Below are positions 28,085 to 37,825 of a DNA stretch of 64,000 nucleotides, one piece after another. This stretch comes from an uncultured Treponema sp. (GTDB taxonomy: Bacteria; Spirochaetota; Spirochaetia; Treponematales; Treponemataceae), in assembly GCA_900316905.1 (NCBI GenBank), contig ONET01000003.1, positions 12,770-76,769 on the forward strand. Direction: 5' to 3'. The position numbers were made by a program, and so were the translations under genes. The notes under the pieces are model-generated. The model saw nothing but the letters and a program-made list of their open reading frames with translations. It did no database searches and was not told where the DNA came from. Every line of letters starts with the position of its first letter. Position 1 is the first letter of the stretch.

Positions 28085-29464
28085 TCACTTTACTTTCTTA
28101 ACAACGACATTCTTAATCACAATGTCCGCCGTGGAGCCTTGGTTTCCCATGTTGAATTCCACGCGGCCCATCGCGTCCGTCTTGTCCTTCATCGTAAAGT
28201 TGAATGAAAAATGCTGTTCCTTTTTGGTAAGCTCAACCTTTGTGTCCTTAAAGTAGCGGATCCAGTTGCGTTCCGGCGCGGACACGGCGGCGAGCATAGT
28301 TCGCGGCGCGGAAGCTTTTGCGTCAAACGAAAACTCGTATGTACAGCCTTCCTCAATCGGAATGCCGACATGGAAAACCTGCACGCTGTATTCTAGCGAG
28401 CCGGCCTTTTTGGTTTTTATCGTAAGAGCGCCGCCGCCGATTGTGGCCGAGCCTTCTCCGCCGCCAGCCGTGTAAAAGTCCCAGCCGCTTCCGTCGCTCA
28501 TGTCCTCTTTTTCGGTGAACTTGGAGTTGCGCACATAGTTTCCTTCCGCGTCTGGCTCGCGCAAGACGACGACCTTTTCGGGCATCTTTACGTTTTCGTC
28601 GTATTCCTTCTTTTGGTAGACGCGAACGTAGTCAACGATGAGCCGCGCGTTTTCGGCGAATTTGGCGTTCTTTTCGGGGTATCCGACCCAAGTTCCGCCG
28701 ACGGCAAGGTTCAGGATAATGTAAAACTGCTTGTTAAATGGCGCGGGATAGGGACGCCCGTCTCCGTTGGCGCGGGGTCTGGTGAACCATTCGTTGGTCT
28801 TGTAGTAAAGCTTTCCGTCGATGTACCAGCGGAATTCGCCCGGATCCCATTCCAAGGCGTAAACATGGAATTCCTTGGAAAAGTCGCCTTGCTCAAGAGT
28901 GTATTTTCCCTGCTGCTGCGTGTGCGGCTCTCCGTAGTGAATCGTTCCAAAAACGCGCTTTGTTTCGTCGCCAAGCACTTCCATGATGTCAATCTCGCCG
29001 CATCGGGGCCAGGGGCCGTAATAGTCTTCGCTTGACGGCATCATCCAAAAGGCCGGCAAAAAGCCTTTGCCGCTAGGAACCTTTAGGCGGGCCTCAAAGC
29101 GGCCGTATTTAAACACATGCTTTCCGAACGTGTTGATTCTTCCGGAAGTGTATTCGTTTGTCTTTTTGTTCTTGAGCGCCTGGATTACAAGGCAGCCGTC
29201 CTTGACGTAAGTGTTTTCTGTCGAAGTTCCGTAGCTTTGCAATTCCTTGTTCACCCAGCCGGCCTCGTGCTCCTCGTATTTCCAGTTGTCCATGTTAAGC
29301 TGGTCGCCGTCAAAGTTCTCCTCCCAAACCAAATCCGCGTCGGTGTACATGTCGCTTTGCAAGGCTGGCGCGGGCGTTGTGGGCGCGATGGCGTCTTTTT
29401 TTTGCGAGCAGCCCATGGCCAAGAAAAGCATGGCCGCGGCCGCTGACTTTAATAGCATTTTCAT
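28085..29464 (-). CDS. GH16 beta-1,3-glucanase/laminarinase-like lipoprotein with C-terminal CBM4/9
   Basis: Lipobox LAMGC; YTSGRI, PAFWM, catalytic EIDIME, LNLAVGG; CBM-like C-terminus. Confidence 0.9.
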   Translation of the reverse strand: MKMLLKSAAAAMLFLAMGCSQKKDAIAPTTPAPALQSDMYTDADLVWEENFDGDQLNMDNWKYEEHEAGWVNKELQSYGTSTENTYVKDGCLVIQALKNKKTNEYTSGRINTFGKHVFKYGRFEARLKVPSGKGFLPAFWMMPSSEDYYGPWPRCGEIDIMEVLGDETKRVFGTIHYGEPHTQQQGKYTLEQGDFSKEFHVYALEWDPGEFRWYIDGKLYYKTNEWFTRPRANGDGRPYPAPFNKQFYIILNLAVGGTWVGYPEKNAKFAENARLIVDYVRVYQKKEYDENVKMPEKVVVLREPDAEGNYVRNSKFTEKEDMSDGSGWDFYTAGGGEGSATIGGGALTIKTKKAGSLEYSVQVFHVGIPIEEGCTYEFSFDAKASAPRTMLAAVSAPERNWIRYFKDTKVELTKKEQHFSFNFTMKDKTDAMGRVEFNMGNQGSTADIVIKNVVVKKVK

Positions 29465-29477
29465 AGTTCCTCTTGCC

Positions 29478-29960
29478 TTAGTTTTTTCCTGTCTTGAACG
29501 CGGTTTTTGTCAAAGTTATTTTGCTGTCTATCGCGTCGTCATACATCAGCTGAACTGTGACGTCTTTTTTAGGCTCCGCGACAACTTTGTACAAAAGCTC
29601 GCCTTCAATCGTCTCGTTGGCCTTGATGTTTTTTACGGCTTCGTATTGGTTGGAAATTTGCAGCCAGTATTTGGCAGCGGGCGAGTTGTCGATTACGGCC
29701 ATCACCAAGGCGGGAAGGTCCTTGTTGCTGGTCAGCTTGAAGTGGACTTCGATTGTGTCGCCCGGCTTGGGCAGGCTTCCGGCAAAGTATTTTGTGAAGG
29801 TGGGCGGATTGGTGTTTTGGTAGTTCTTTCCGTAGGGATTTTTGCCAATCGTCACTGTCTTTCCGTTGGTCGTGTCGGCCAAGTCAATTACATAGGTTTC
29901 CGCGCAAAGCGAACCCAAAAACATCGCTCCGACAAGAGCGGCTAAAATGAATCTTTTCAT
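29478..29960 (-). CDS. Secreted beta-rich hypothetical protein (possible carbohydrate-binding module)
   Basis: Signal peptide MKRFILAALVGAMFLGSLCA, AGGAG RBS, promoter TTGCCA-17-TAAAAT. Co-oriented with the GH16 gene. Confidence 0.7.
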   Translation of the reverse strand: MKRFILAALVGAMFLGSLCAETYVIDLADTTNGKTVTIGKNPYGKNYQNTNPPTFTKYFAGSLPKPGDTIEVHFKLTSNKDLPALVMAVIDNSPAAKYWLQISNQYEAVKNIKANETIEGELLYKVVAEPKKDVTVQLMYDDAIDSKITLTKTAFKTGKN

Positions 29961-30068
29961 AATGAACTCCTTGTGTATATAAAGATAATTCTTAATTTTA
30001 GCGCGCTTTTTGCGTTTTGGCAAAAAAAATAAATAACAAAATATTTAAGAAGTTTTTTAAAAAAGCGC

Positions 30069-30130
30069 TTGACGAAAAAATGCAAGCGCCGTATATTATG
30101 TTTATCCGTTCAATTATTTGAACAGATAAA
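30069..30130 (+). promoter_or_regulatory. sigma70 promoter plus palindromic operator (candidate ArsR site) of the MMPL operon
   Basis: TTGACG-17-TATATT, then TTTATC-C-GTTCAA-TTAT-TTGAAC-A-GATAAA (30101-30130). Confidence 0.7.
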
Positions 30131-30156
30131 CCAATTACATCTTGACGGAGTTTTTT

Positions 30157-32922
30157 ATGAAAAACCTCTTAAAACATCCAAAGTTGATTGTTTTTATTTG
30201 TCTTGCGTTGACAGTCGCTTTGGCGGCGCCTTTGGTCTCAGTTTCAATTGAGAACACCGTCCGCCGTTACATGCCTCCAAAGAGCGACTCATACACTCGC
30301 TTGATTGACACGGAAGACCAGTTTGGCAGCATGATTTCCATCGGAATCTCGCTGGAGACAGACGACGAAACTATCTTGACGCCTGAATACTTGGAAGTCA
30401 TCCGAAAAATCACGGATCAAATCGATTCGTTGGACGGAATCAAGTCTATCAATTCCATCACAAAAATCGATTATGTTTACTCGCTTGACGGCGGACTTGC
30501 AGCCGGCCAGTTGCTTGACGACGACTACACTGGAAGCAAGGCCGACATTCAAGCCGTAAAGGAAAAAATCATCGATTGGCAGGACATGTACAACCGCGTC
30601 ATCATCGACGACGATTTCCAGGCGGCCCAAATCGCGGCCACAATCGACCCCGACTTTGGCTCAACCCAGCAAATCGAGCTTTTGCACAAAATCCAAAAAA
30701 TCGCCTACGAGGCGATCGAAGGCCACAACCTTGAGGTCCGCTTTTACGGCGACCCTGTCTTGAGCGACAACGCCTCCGACTACATGATCCACGACTTGCT
30801 CACGCTCATTCCGCTTGTAACTCTCGTGGTTCTTCTTTCTTTGTACTTCTCTTTCCATACGTTCAGCGGAACTTTGCTGCCCTTGATTTCTGTCTTGATG
30901 TCCACAATTTGGTCTTGCGGAATCATGTCGTTGGCGCATGTCACGTTCACAATTGTGGCCAGCGTAATCCCAGTATGCTTGATTGCCTGCGGCTCGGCTT
31001 ACGGAATTCACGTAATCACCCACTATGAGGCCGCCGTCAAGAAGATTGAGGGCGAAATCACAAAAGAAAAGCACTTGGACGCCATTTGCGCGGGATTGAA
31101 GGACGTTTGGATAGCCGTTTTGTTGGCGGCCGTAACGACAATCGCGGGCTTCATTTCTCTTGTCACAAGCCCCATCGAGCCGCTAAAGAGCTTCGCCATT
31201 TTCTCCGCGACGGGCGTGGCTTTCTCATTGCTCACTTCAATCACCTTCATTCCGGCCGCGCTTTCATTGCGCCCGCTCAACCGCATCGGAAAGCGCCGTT
31301 TTAACCAGCTTTCAGAAAAAATCAAGGCCAAGGTCTTGCGCGAGCGCGAGCGTCTTGGAGGCCACAAGGCGGAGGCGCGCGGCCGCACCTTGTACAACAT
31401 TTACCATTTCTGCGCCGGCACAAAGCCGCGCCTGGTGATTTTCTCAGTCTTGATTTGCTTGTTCTCATTCTTGGGAGTGAAGCAGCTGGTCATCAACACC
31501 TCGCTTGTCGGCTATTTTCCGCCGGACAGCAAATTCCGCAAGGACATCGACTTTGTTGACGAAACCTTCGCCGGAACCAACGACGTTTACTTTGTAATCA
31601 GCGGCCAGGAAAAGGGCGACATGACCAAGCCCGAAATCCTAAAGAAAGTCGACGACTTGCAAAACCATCTTCTTGACGAATACCCTGAGCAAATCGGAAA
31701 GGCGGTTTCTTTCACCACGTTCATCAAGAGAATGAACCAAGTTATGCACGCGCCGATGGTCGGCGCTTCCGACAGCGCGGACGACTTTGCCGCCGCCGAT
31801 TCAGGCGACTACGCCGAAGACGATTGGGGCGATTCCGGAGATGACTGGGGAGACGCTTCCGGCGACGAATGGGCGGACGCGGGCGACGACTGGGGAGATT
31901 CTTCCAGCGACGAAAGCGAGGCGCAAACAGCCGCCGAAACAAAGGAATGGGTTGACCCCAACATTCAGCACGCAAAGGACTTGCAGCAACAGGTAACAGT
32001 CCAGCAAGCATTGGAAATGTTCGCCACAGCCTACACGGCGGCCGGCGGAAAAAACGCCACCGTCGAAGGAATGGTCAAAGAGCTTGAAAGGCTTTTCAAC
32101 TTCAACGGCATAGACTACTACGAAGTTCCTTACGACTTGGACAAATATCCCGCCGCCACCCGCGAAGGCTTGGCCAACCTCGTAAGCCAGTACTTGCTTC
32201 TTTACAGCGGCTCGCTTGACAGATTCAGCGACGACCAGCTTGCGCCAAAGACAATCCGCATGCAGGTTCAGCTTAGATGCCACGACACCCACAAAATCAA
32301 GGAAATCATCACCGAGGCCCAGGACTACGCCAAGGCCAACTTCCCGGCGGGATACACTTTGGTTCCCACAGGAAACGGCGAGATGGAAGTTTCAATGACC
32401 GACATGGTCATTTCAAGCCAAATCACCAGCATCTTGTTCTCAATCTTCATGGTCTTTGTAATCATCGCGGTTTCATTCAAGTCGCCTGTGGCCGGCTTGC
32501 TTGGCGCGATTCCGCTTGCCTTTACGATTATCCTAAACTTCATGACGATGGGCTTTACGGGCATCCATCTTGACTTGGTCACCAGCATCATCGCCAGCGT
32601 GGCCATCGGCGTTGGAATCGACTACACGATTCACTTTATGGAAAGCTACAAGGCCGAGCGCGCCAAGAGCGACAATGTTGAGGAAGTCACTATGAGGACC
32701 TTTGCTGTCAGCGGCTTGGGAATTGTGACCAACGCGCTTGCCGTAGGCTTGGGCTTCTTGGTGTTGCTTTTGTCAAACTTCCAGATTTTGCGCTGCATCG
32801 GCTTGCTGGTCGCCATCGTAATGTTCTCAAGCTCTTTCTTGGCCATGACGGTAATCCCCGGCGTTCTCAACGCCTTTGATCCCAAGTTCATCAGGCCAAA
32901 GGAAGAGAAGCAACAACAGTAA
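30157..32922 (+). CDS. MMPL/RND-family transporter with acidic DDWG-repeat insert
   Basis: Two halves, each a periplasmic domain plus TM bundle; GSAYGIH and GVGIDYTIH motifs. Confidence 0.9.
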   Translation: MKNLLKHPKLIVFICLALTVALAAPLVSVSIENTVRRYMPPKSDSYTRLIDTEDQFGSMISIGISLETDDETILTPEYLEVIRKITDQIDSLDGIKSINSITKIDYVYSLDGGLAAGQLLDDDYTGSKADIQAVKEKIIDWQDMYNRVIIDDDFQAAQIAATIDPDFGSTQQIELLHKIQKIAYEAIEGHNLEVRFYGDPVLSDNASDYMIHDLLTLIPLVTLVVLLSLYFSFHTFSGTLLPLISVLMSTIWSCGIMSLAHVTFTIVASVIPVCLIACGSAYGIHVITHYEAAVKKIEGEITKEKHLDAICAGLKDVWIAVLLAAVTTIAGFISLVTSPIEPLKSFAIFSATGVAFSLLTSITFIPAALSLRPLNRIGKRRFNQLSEKIKAKVLRERERLGGHKAEARGRTLYNIYHFCAGTKPRLVIFSVLICLFSFLGVKQLVINTSLVGYFPPDSKFRKDIDFVDETFAGTNDVYFVISGQEKGDMTKPEILKKVDDLQNHLLDEYPEQIGKAVSFTTFIKRMNQVMHAPMVGASDSADDFAAADSGDYAEDDWGDSGDDWGDASGDEWADAGDDWGDSSSDESEAQTAAETKEWVDPNIQHAKDLQQQVTVQQALEMFATAYTAAGGKNATVEGMVKELERLFNFNGIDYYEVPYDLDKYPAATREGLANLVSQYLLLYSGSLDRFSDDQLAPKTIRMQVQLRCHDTHKIKEIITEAQDYAKANFPAGYTLVPTGNGEMEVSMTDMVISSQITSILFSIFMVFVIIAVSFKSPVAGLLGAIPLAFTIILNFMTMGFTGIHLDLVTSIIASVAIGVGIDYTIHFMESYKAERAKSDNVEEVTMRTFAVSGLGIVTNALAVGLGFLVLLLSNFQILRCIGLLVAIVMFSSSFLAMTVIPGVLNAFDPKFIRPKEEKQQQ

Positions 32923-32960
32923 ATTGTTGGCGTTCCGCCACATTGTGACGGAATGCCGCT

Positions 32961-33051
32961 GTCATTCCGCCGCTTTGCGTCGGTATGGCAAGGAAATGAT
33001 TAACAAGCGCTCTCGCGAGTGCTGTCATTGCCGCGCTTGACGCGGCAATCT
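32961..33051. repeat. ~90-bp composite intergenic palindromic element, copy 2
   Basis: GTCATTCCGCCGCTTTGCG..TATGGCAAGGAAAT...CTGTCATTGCCGCGCTTGACGCGGCAATCT. Confidence 0.8.
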
Positions 33052-33086
33052 AAAATAAAACTATTTACCTTAAGGAGGGTAGATTT

Positions 33087-33881
33087 ATGAAAATGACAAA
33101 AATTATCGTAGCGGCTGCCGCCGCTCTAACAGTTGGAACTATGGCTTTCGCCCTTGACGGAAGAACAGTTATGCAAAACGCCGACGACGTAAAAAAGCCG
33201 GCCTTTACCCGCGCGCAAGTTCAGATGATTTTGATCGAAAAGAGCGGCGCCAAGGAAGTCCGCGTAATCGACGAATGGGGAAAGAACGAGGGCGGACTTT
33301 CAACGGTCGTAATGCAGTTCAACACTCCCGCCAGCGTAAAGGGAACCCGCTTTAGCCAAAAGGAAAACGCTTCCGGCCCGGACACAAAGTTCATCTTCTT
33401 GCCTGACGTCGGAACAGTGCGCCCTGTAGCCGCAAGCCAAGGCTCCAGCTCGTTCATGGGAAGCGACGCCACATACGACGACATGTCAACCCGCGAAGTG
33501 GACGCCGACACCCACGAATTGCTTGCCGAAACGGAAGCCAAGAACGGATTCGCCAACTGCGCCAAAGTAAAGTCAACTCCCAAAGACCTCAAGGAAGCCC
33601 AGTACGCCTACCGCATTTCTTGGGTGGACAAGGACACTTGGGTTCCGGTTTATGTTGAAATGTACAGCAAGAAGACAGGAAAGATTTGCAAGGTTTTGGA
33701 GGTAAAGAGCCTCAAGGTAATCAAGGGCTATCCCACACCGCTCATCAACGAAATGACAAACGTTGAGACCGGCCACAAAACTCAGCTTGTAATGAACGAA
33801 GAGCGCCTAAAGTTTGACGAGCCCATCAATCCGGCTTACTTTAGCAAGGGCTTCTTGCAGAACGGAAAGGTTTCAAAGTAA
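33087..33881 (+). CDS. LolA-like 'outer membrane lipoprotein-sorting' protein (paralog of 27152-27949)
   Basis: Signal peptide; PASVKGTRF, FIFLP, SFMGSDATYDDM. Confidence 0.85.
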   Translation: MKMTKIIVAAAAALTVGTMAFALDGRTVMQNADDVKKPAFTRAQVQMILIEKSGAKEVRVIDEWGKNEGGLSTVVMQFNTPASVKGTRFSQKENASGPDTKFIFLPDVGTVRPVAASQGSSSFMGSDATYDDMSTREVDADTHELLAETEAKNGFANCAKVKSTPKDLKEAQYAYRISWVDKDTWVPVYVEMYSKKTGKICKVLEVKSLKVIKGYPTPLINEMTNVETGHKTQLVMNEERLKFDEPINPAYFSKGFLQNGKVSK

Positions 33882-34028
33882 CTTGCCGGCGCGAATGAAA
33901 GCGTCGCGCCGCGCAACAACAGTGGAGCGGGAATTTTGCCCGCGCCATTTGCAATAATATGCAAAAGTTGCTATAATTTTTGTTTGTTAAAAAAGTCAAA
34001 ATCTACATTACAGTTAAAGGAGATGATT

Positions 34029-35519
34029 ATGACTGTATGCAAAAAGATTTTCGCTGTAAGCTTGGCCTGCGCCTTGTTGGCGGCGAATGTTTATGCCCAA
34101 GACGATTGGGGAAGCGACGAGTCCTCTGTTGAGGAAACATCTGAACCGACATTTTGGGACCGATTCAAAATTAGCGGAGACGCCACTTTGGCCGGCCGCT
34201 CGTATTTTAACAGCAACAGTGTTTATACTACAGAAGTAACCGCAATTCCTCGCTTTAAGCTTGGCTTTGACTACGAAGGAAACGCCACAAAATTCAGCTC
34301 AAAGATTCGCCTTGACGAGCAGACATTGCGCTACGACAACGAGATGATTCTTGACGAATTTAGCGCCGACTTGTTCGTTGGCAACTGGGTTTTGAGCGCC
34401 GGAAAGATGAAAGTCGTTTGGGGAAAAGGCGACAAGCTTCATGTGCTTGACAACTTCAACTCAAACAACTACTACGACTTCTTGATTCCTGACTACCTTG
34501 ACCGCCGCAATTCAGAGTACATGTTCCGCGCGCAGTACAACAGCCCGCTCGGCTTCCGCATTGAAGGAATTTACACTCCGATTATGCACGCAGAAACTTA
34601 CGCGCAAAAAGGCCCTTGGGTTCCAGAAAAAGTTAACACACTAAAATCTACTATTGGATCATTTCCTTTAACTATAAATAGCTACGAGGACTTGATAAAG
34701 GCCGCCTCTAAACAAGACGACCTTTATCCCAACACACATAAACTTGACTACGGCCAGTTTGGCGGCTATTTCAACTTCACTCTAGGCCTCTTTGACTTTG
34801 GCGTTTCTTACTACAATGGCCGCTACAAGCAGGTTTCGGCTGATGTTTCAGGAGTAATTTACGCTGGTATCGCAAAACAATACCCGAAATTCGCGCCTTA
34901 TGTAGCTTCGTTTATCAAAATGCCTACTCTTGAATATGACAAAGTTCAATCATTTGGCCTCGACATGCAGACAGCGCTTGGACCTTTCACAATCCGCGCG
35001 GAAGGCGTCTACAACATGACAAAAGACTTCGATGGCAGCGACCCGTGGATACACAACAACAGCATCGGCTACCTCTTTGGCTTTGACGTAAGCCTTCCGG
35101 TTCACAACGTGACATTGAACGTTCAGGGAACAGGAAACATGATTTTAAAAAAGGGTGAAATCAGTGACTACAAACTTCCCGCTACATTGGCTGCCGCTTC
35201 CGGCATGAAATCTGTTCCTAATACAAAGCAATATGACGTAGATTACGACCCCACAAGCTGCTACACAAACCACAAGGTTGTCGTTCAGTTGCAGGACACA
35301 TTCTACTACGAAAAGATTACAGCCACCGTCAAGGCGATTTACGGAATCGAGCGCTATGATTTGCTTGTTATGCCCGAACTTTCGTTCAAGGTTCGCGACG
35401 GTTGGAAGATTAGCGCAAGCGGATTGTATATCCACAACTTTAACAAAGACGAAAACAGCGAATTCAAGGGCTGGCTTGACAACAGCTTTGTGCAGTTGGC
35501 TGTCAACTACACATTCTAA
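34029..35519 (+). CDS. Outer-membrane beta-barrel protein (DUF1302-like)
   Basis: Signal peptide, GKMKVVWGKGD motif, C-terminal LAVNYTF beta-signal. Own promoter TTGCAA-17-TATAAT (33949-33977). Confidence 0.75.
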   Translation: MTVCKKIFAVSLACALLAANVYAQDDWGSDESSVEETSEPTFWDRFKISGDATLAGRSYFNSNSVYTTEVTAIPRFKLGFDYEGNATKFSSKIRLDEQTLRYDNEMILDEFSADLFVGNWVLSAGKMKVVWGKGDKLHVLDNFNSNNYYDFLIPDYLDRRNSEYMFRAQYNSPLGFRIEGIYTPIMHAETYAQKGPWVPEKVNTLKSTIGSFPLTINSYEDLIKAASKQDDLYPNTHKLDYGQFGGYFNFTLGLFDFGVSYYNGRYKQVSADVSGVIYAGIAKQYPKFAPYVASFIKMPTLEYDKVQSFGLDMQTALGPFTIRAEGVYNMTKDFDGSDPWIHNNSIGYLFGFDVSLPVHNVTLNVQGTGNMILKKGEISDYKLPATLAAASGMKSVPNTKQYDVDYDPTSCYTNHKVVVQLQDTFYYEKITATVKAIYGIERYDLLVMPELSFKVRDGWKISASGLYIHNFNKDENSEFKGWLDNSFVQLAVNYTF

Positions 35520-35536
35520 TTTTTCGCAGGCGACTT

Positions 35537-35947
35537 ATGAATCAGGAAGAAGAACTTTTAACTTTGTTTAAAAATGTAAATGATTTTATTCCCATTTTTC
35601 AGGCTCTTGCTGATTCAGAGCGCCTGTTGATTCTGCTAAAGCTCTTTTACGCCGGTTCCAAGGGAAAGAACGTGACTGAGCTTAGCGGAAAAACCCGCCT
35701 TTCGCGTCCGGCCGTAAGCCACCACCTAAAGGTGCTTAAGGCCGCGCGCATCATCAATTCCCGCAAAGACGGAACGCAAGTCTATTATTCGTTGGACGCC
35801 AAAGACAAAATCGCAAAGATTGAAAACTTGGTCAATGTTTTGCTTCAACACCTAAAGACTATTGACGCAAACCAAGACGAGGTTATAGAAGGCGCGGCCT
35901 TGGAGAGCTTGGTCGCCAAAGCCCGCGACATGATAAAAAGCGCATAA
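35537..35947 (+). CDS. ArsR/SmtB-family regulator
   Basis: FQALAD..RL.IL, LSRPAVSHHLKVL, G..VYY. Confidence 0.9.
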   Translation: MNQEEELLTLFKNVNDFIPIFQALADSERLLILLKLFYAGSKGKNVTELSGKTRLSRPAVSHHLKVLKAARIINSRKDGTQVYYSLDAKDKIAKIENLVNVLLQHLKTIDANQDEVIEGAALESLVAKARDMIKSA

Positions 35948-36892
35948 TCAGAGTCCGGTTCCTTCGTCAATGCCCATCATAATGTTAAGGCACTGAACCG
36001 CGGCGCCGCTGGCTCCCTTTCCTAAATTGTCAAAGCGGGAACACAAGCAAATCCTGTCGTCGTTTCCGTAAACAAAAATCTGCATGTTGTTGGTTCCGCT
36101 CAAAGTGTTGGCCGGAATAAAGGCTTCAGGCAAAACGCCTTGGCCCATCAGCGGCGCCACCTTTACGAATCGGCATCCGTCATAGTGGGCGGCCAACTGG
36201 TCGCGAAGATCCGCCGCGCCATTTTTTTTGGCCAGCAGGCGGCCGTGCAAAGAAACAGTGACGGTCATTCCGCTAAAGTAATCGCAAACATAAGGATTAA
36301 AAATCGGCTCTTCCGCAAGGCCGCAAATTTGCTTCATTTCCGGCAAGTGCTTGTGCGCCTGCGTCAAGGCGTACTGGCGCGGCGATTTTAGCTCTGGGTT
36401 GCGGTTGGGATCCTCGTATTGCGCGATGGCTTTTTTTCCGGCGCCGCTGTAACCCGAGACCGCGTGGCAGACAAGCGGATAGTCGGGCGCGATAATTCCA
36501 TGCTGGACAAGCGGGTAAACCAAGCTGATAAAGCCGCTCGCGTAACAGCCAGGAACCGCCACGCGCTTTGAAGAAACGATTTTTGCGCGGTGGGCCGCCG
36601 ACAATTCAGGAAAGCCGTATGCCCAATCGGGATTGGTTCTGTGGGCTGTAGAAGCGTCGATGATTCTTGTGTTGGGATTTGTACAAAGGTTTACGGCTTC
36701 GCGGGAGGCCGCGTCGGGCAAGCACAAAAAAGTAAAATCAGAAGCGTTTATGCATTCGGCGCGGGCGGCGGGGTCCTTTCGCTTTTCGTCGTCTATAAGG
36801 ATAAGCTCGATGTCCTTGCGGCCGGCAAAGCGCTCGTATATTTTTAGGCCGGTTGTGCCTTCCTTTCCGTCAATAAAAATTTTGTAAGCCAT
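35948..36892 (-). CDS. argC: N-acetyl-gamma-glutamyl-phosphate reductase (type 2)
   Basis: IFIDGKEGTTGL, DASTAHR, PGCYASG, SGYSGAG, DNLGKGASGAAVQ. Confidence 0.95.
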   Translation of the reverse strand: MAYKIFIDGKEGTTGLKIYERFAGRKDIELILIDDEKRKDPAARAECINASDFTFLCLPDAASREAVNLCTNPNTRIIDASTAHRTNPDWAYGFPELSAAHRAKIVSSKRVAVPGCYASGFISLVYPLVQHGIIAPDYPLVCHAVSGYSGAGKKAIAQYEDPNRNPELKSPRQYALTQAHKHLPEMKQICGLAEEPIFNPYVCDYFSGMTVTVSLHGRLLAKKNGAADLRDQLAAHYDGCRFVKVAPLMGQGVLPEAFIPANTLSGTNNMQIFVYGNDDRICLCSRFDNLGKGASGAAVQCLNIMMGIDEGTGL

Positions 36893-36966
36893 AACATTTC
36901 CTTTAATTAGAATGAGCCGCCCGAGCGTTTGGCGCTAAGACAGCAGTTTTTGTTTATAGTAAAATA

Positions 36967-37806
36967 TCAAATTAAAACGAATTGTTCAACAAAATCCGCG
37001 ATTCCGTCCTGGTCGTTTGTGAGCCTGGTCACAAAAGCGGCCTCGTCCTTTATCTTGTCCAAGCCGTTTGACATGGCAACGGAAAGGCCGCACTTTACAA
37101 TCATCGACTCGTCGTTCATGCTGTCGCCAAAGGCCATGACATCCTTCATGTTTATTCCAAGGCGGCCGCACAAAAATTCCAAGGCCTCGCCTTTTCCGCA
37201 GTTAGCCGGGAGAATTTCCAAAAAGTAGGGCTTGCTTATCAAGACCACGGCGCGGCCCTCAAAGCGCGCGGCCAGCTCCTTTTGCAAGCCGACCAAAATT
37301 TTTGGGTCGCCCGGAACCATCATTTTGGCAAAACCGCTTTTTACAAAATTTTCAAAGTCAGGAACCACTTCCGAAGGAACGCCGGTAAGCTTGGAATCCA
37401 TTCTTGTGTATTCGTTGTCCACGCTGGCGTAAACCATTGAGCTGCTGTAAACCTGGCACGGAAGGCCAACCTTGTCCGCCGCCTTCTTGGCCTGCGCCAA
37501 AACGTCTCCGTCAACCTTCGCCGAATATATTTCCTCGCGCTTATGCAAGTCAACCACAACCGAGCCGTTTGACGCGACCGCGTAACGGCCTTGCTCCGTT
37601 CCCGCCAAATCCAGGCGGCGGACAAAGGGCAAAATCGCGCTTGGCGACCTTCCCGAACATATGACGACGTAAATATTTTGTTCGGCGGCTTTTTGCACGG
37701 CGGCCACCGTTCTGTCAGAAATCAAAAGCTCGTTGTTCAAAAGGCTGTCGTCCAAGTCAAGGGCGACAAGCTTTGGAGCGACTTTGCCGCTTGGTAGTTT
37801 TTGCAT
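36967..37806 (-). CDS. Cof-type HAD hydrolase
   Basis: LDLDDSLL, CSGR, KGEAL, FGDSMND. Confidence 0.9.
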   Translation of the reverse strand: MQKLPSGKVAPKLVALDLDDSLLNNELLISDRTVAAVQKAAEQNIYVVICSGRSPSAILPFVRRLDLAGTEQGRYAVASNGSVVVDLHKREEIYSAKVDGDVLAQAKKAADKVGLPCQVYSSSMVYASVDNEYTRMDSKLTGVPSEVVPDFENFVKSGFAKMMVPGDPKILVGLQKELAARFEGRAVVLISKPYFLEILPANCGKGEALEFLCGRLGINMKDVMAFGDSMNDESMIVKCGLSVAMSNGLDKIKDEAAFVTRLTNDQDGIADFVEQFVLI

Positions 37807-37825
37807 TTTTTCCTCTTATTGTTTT

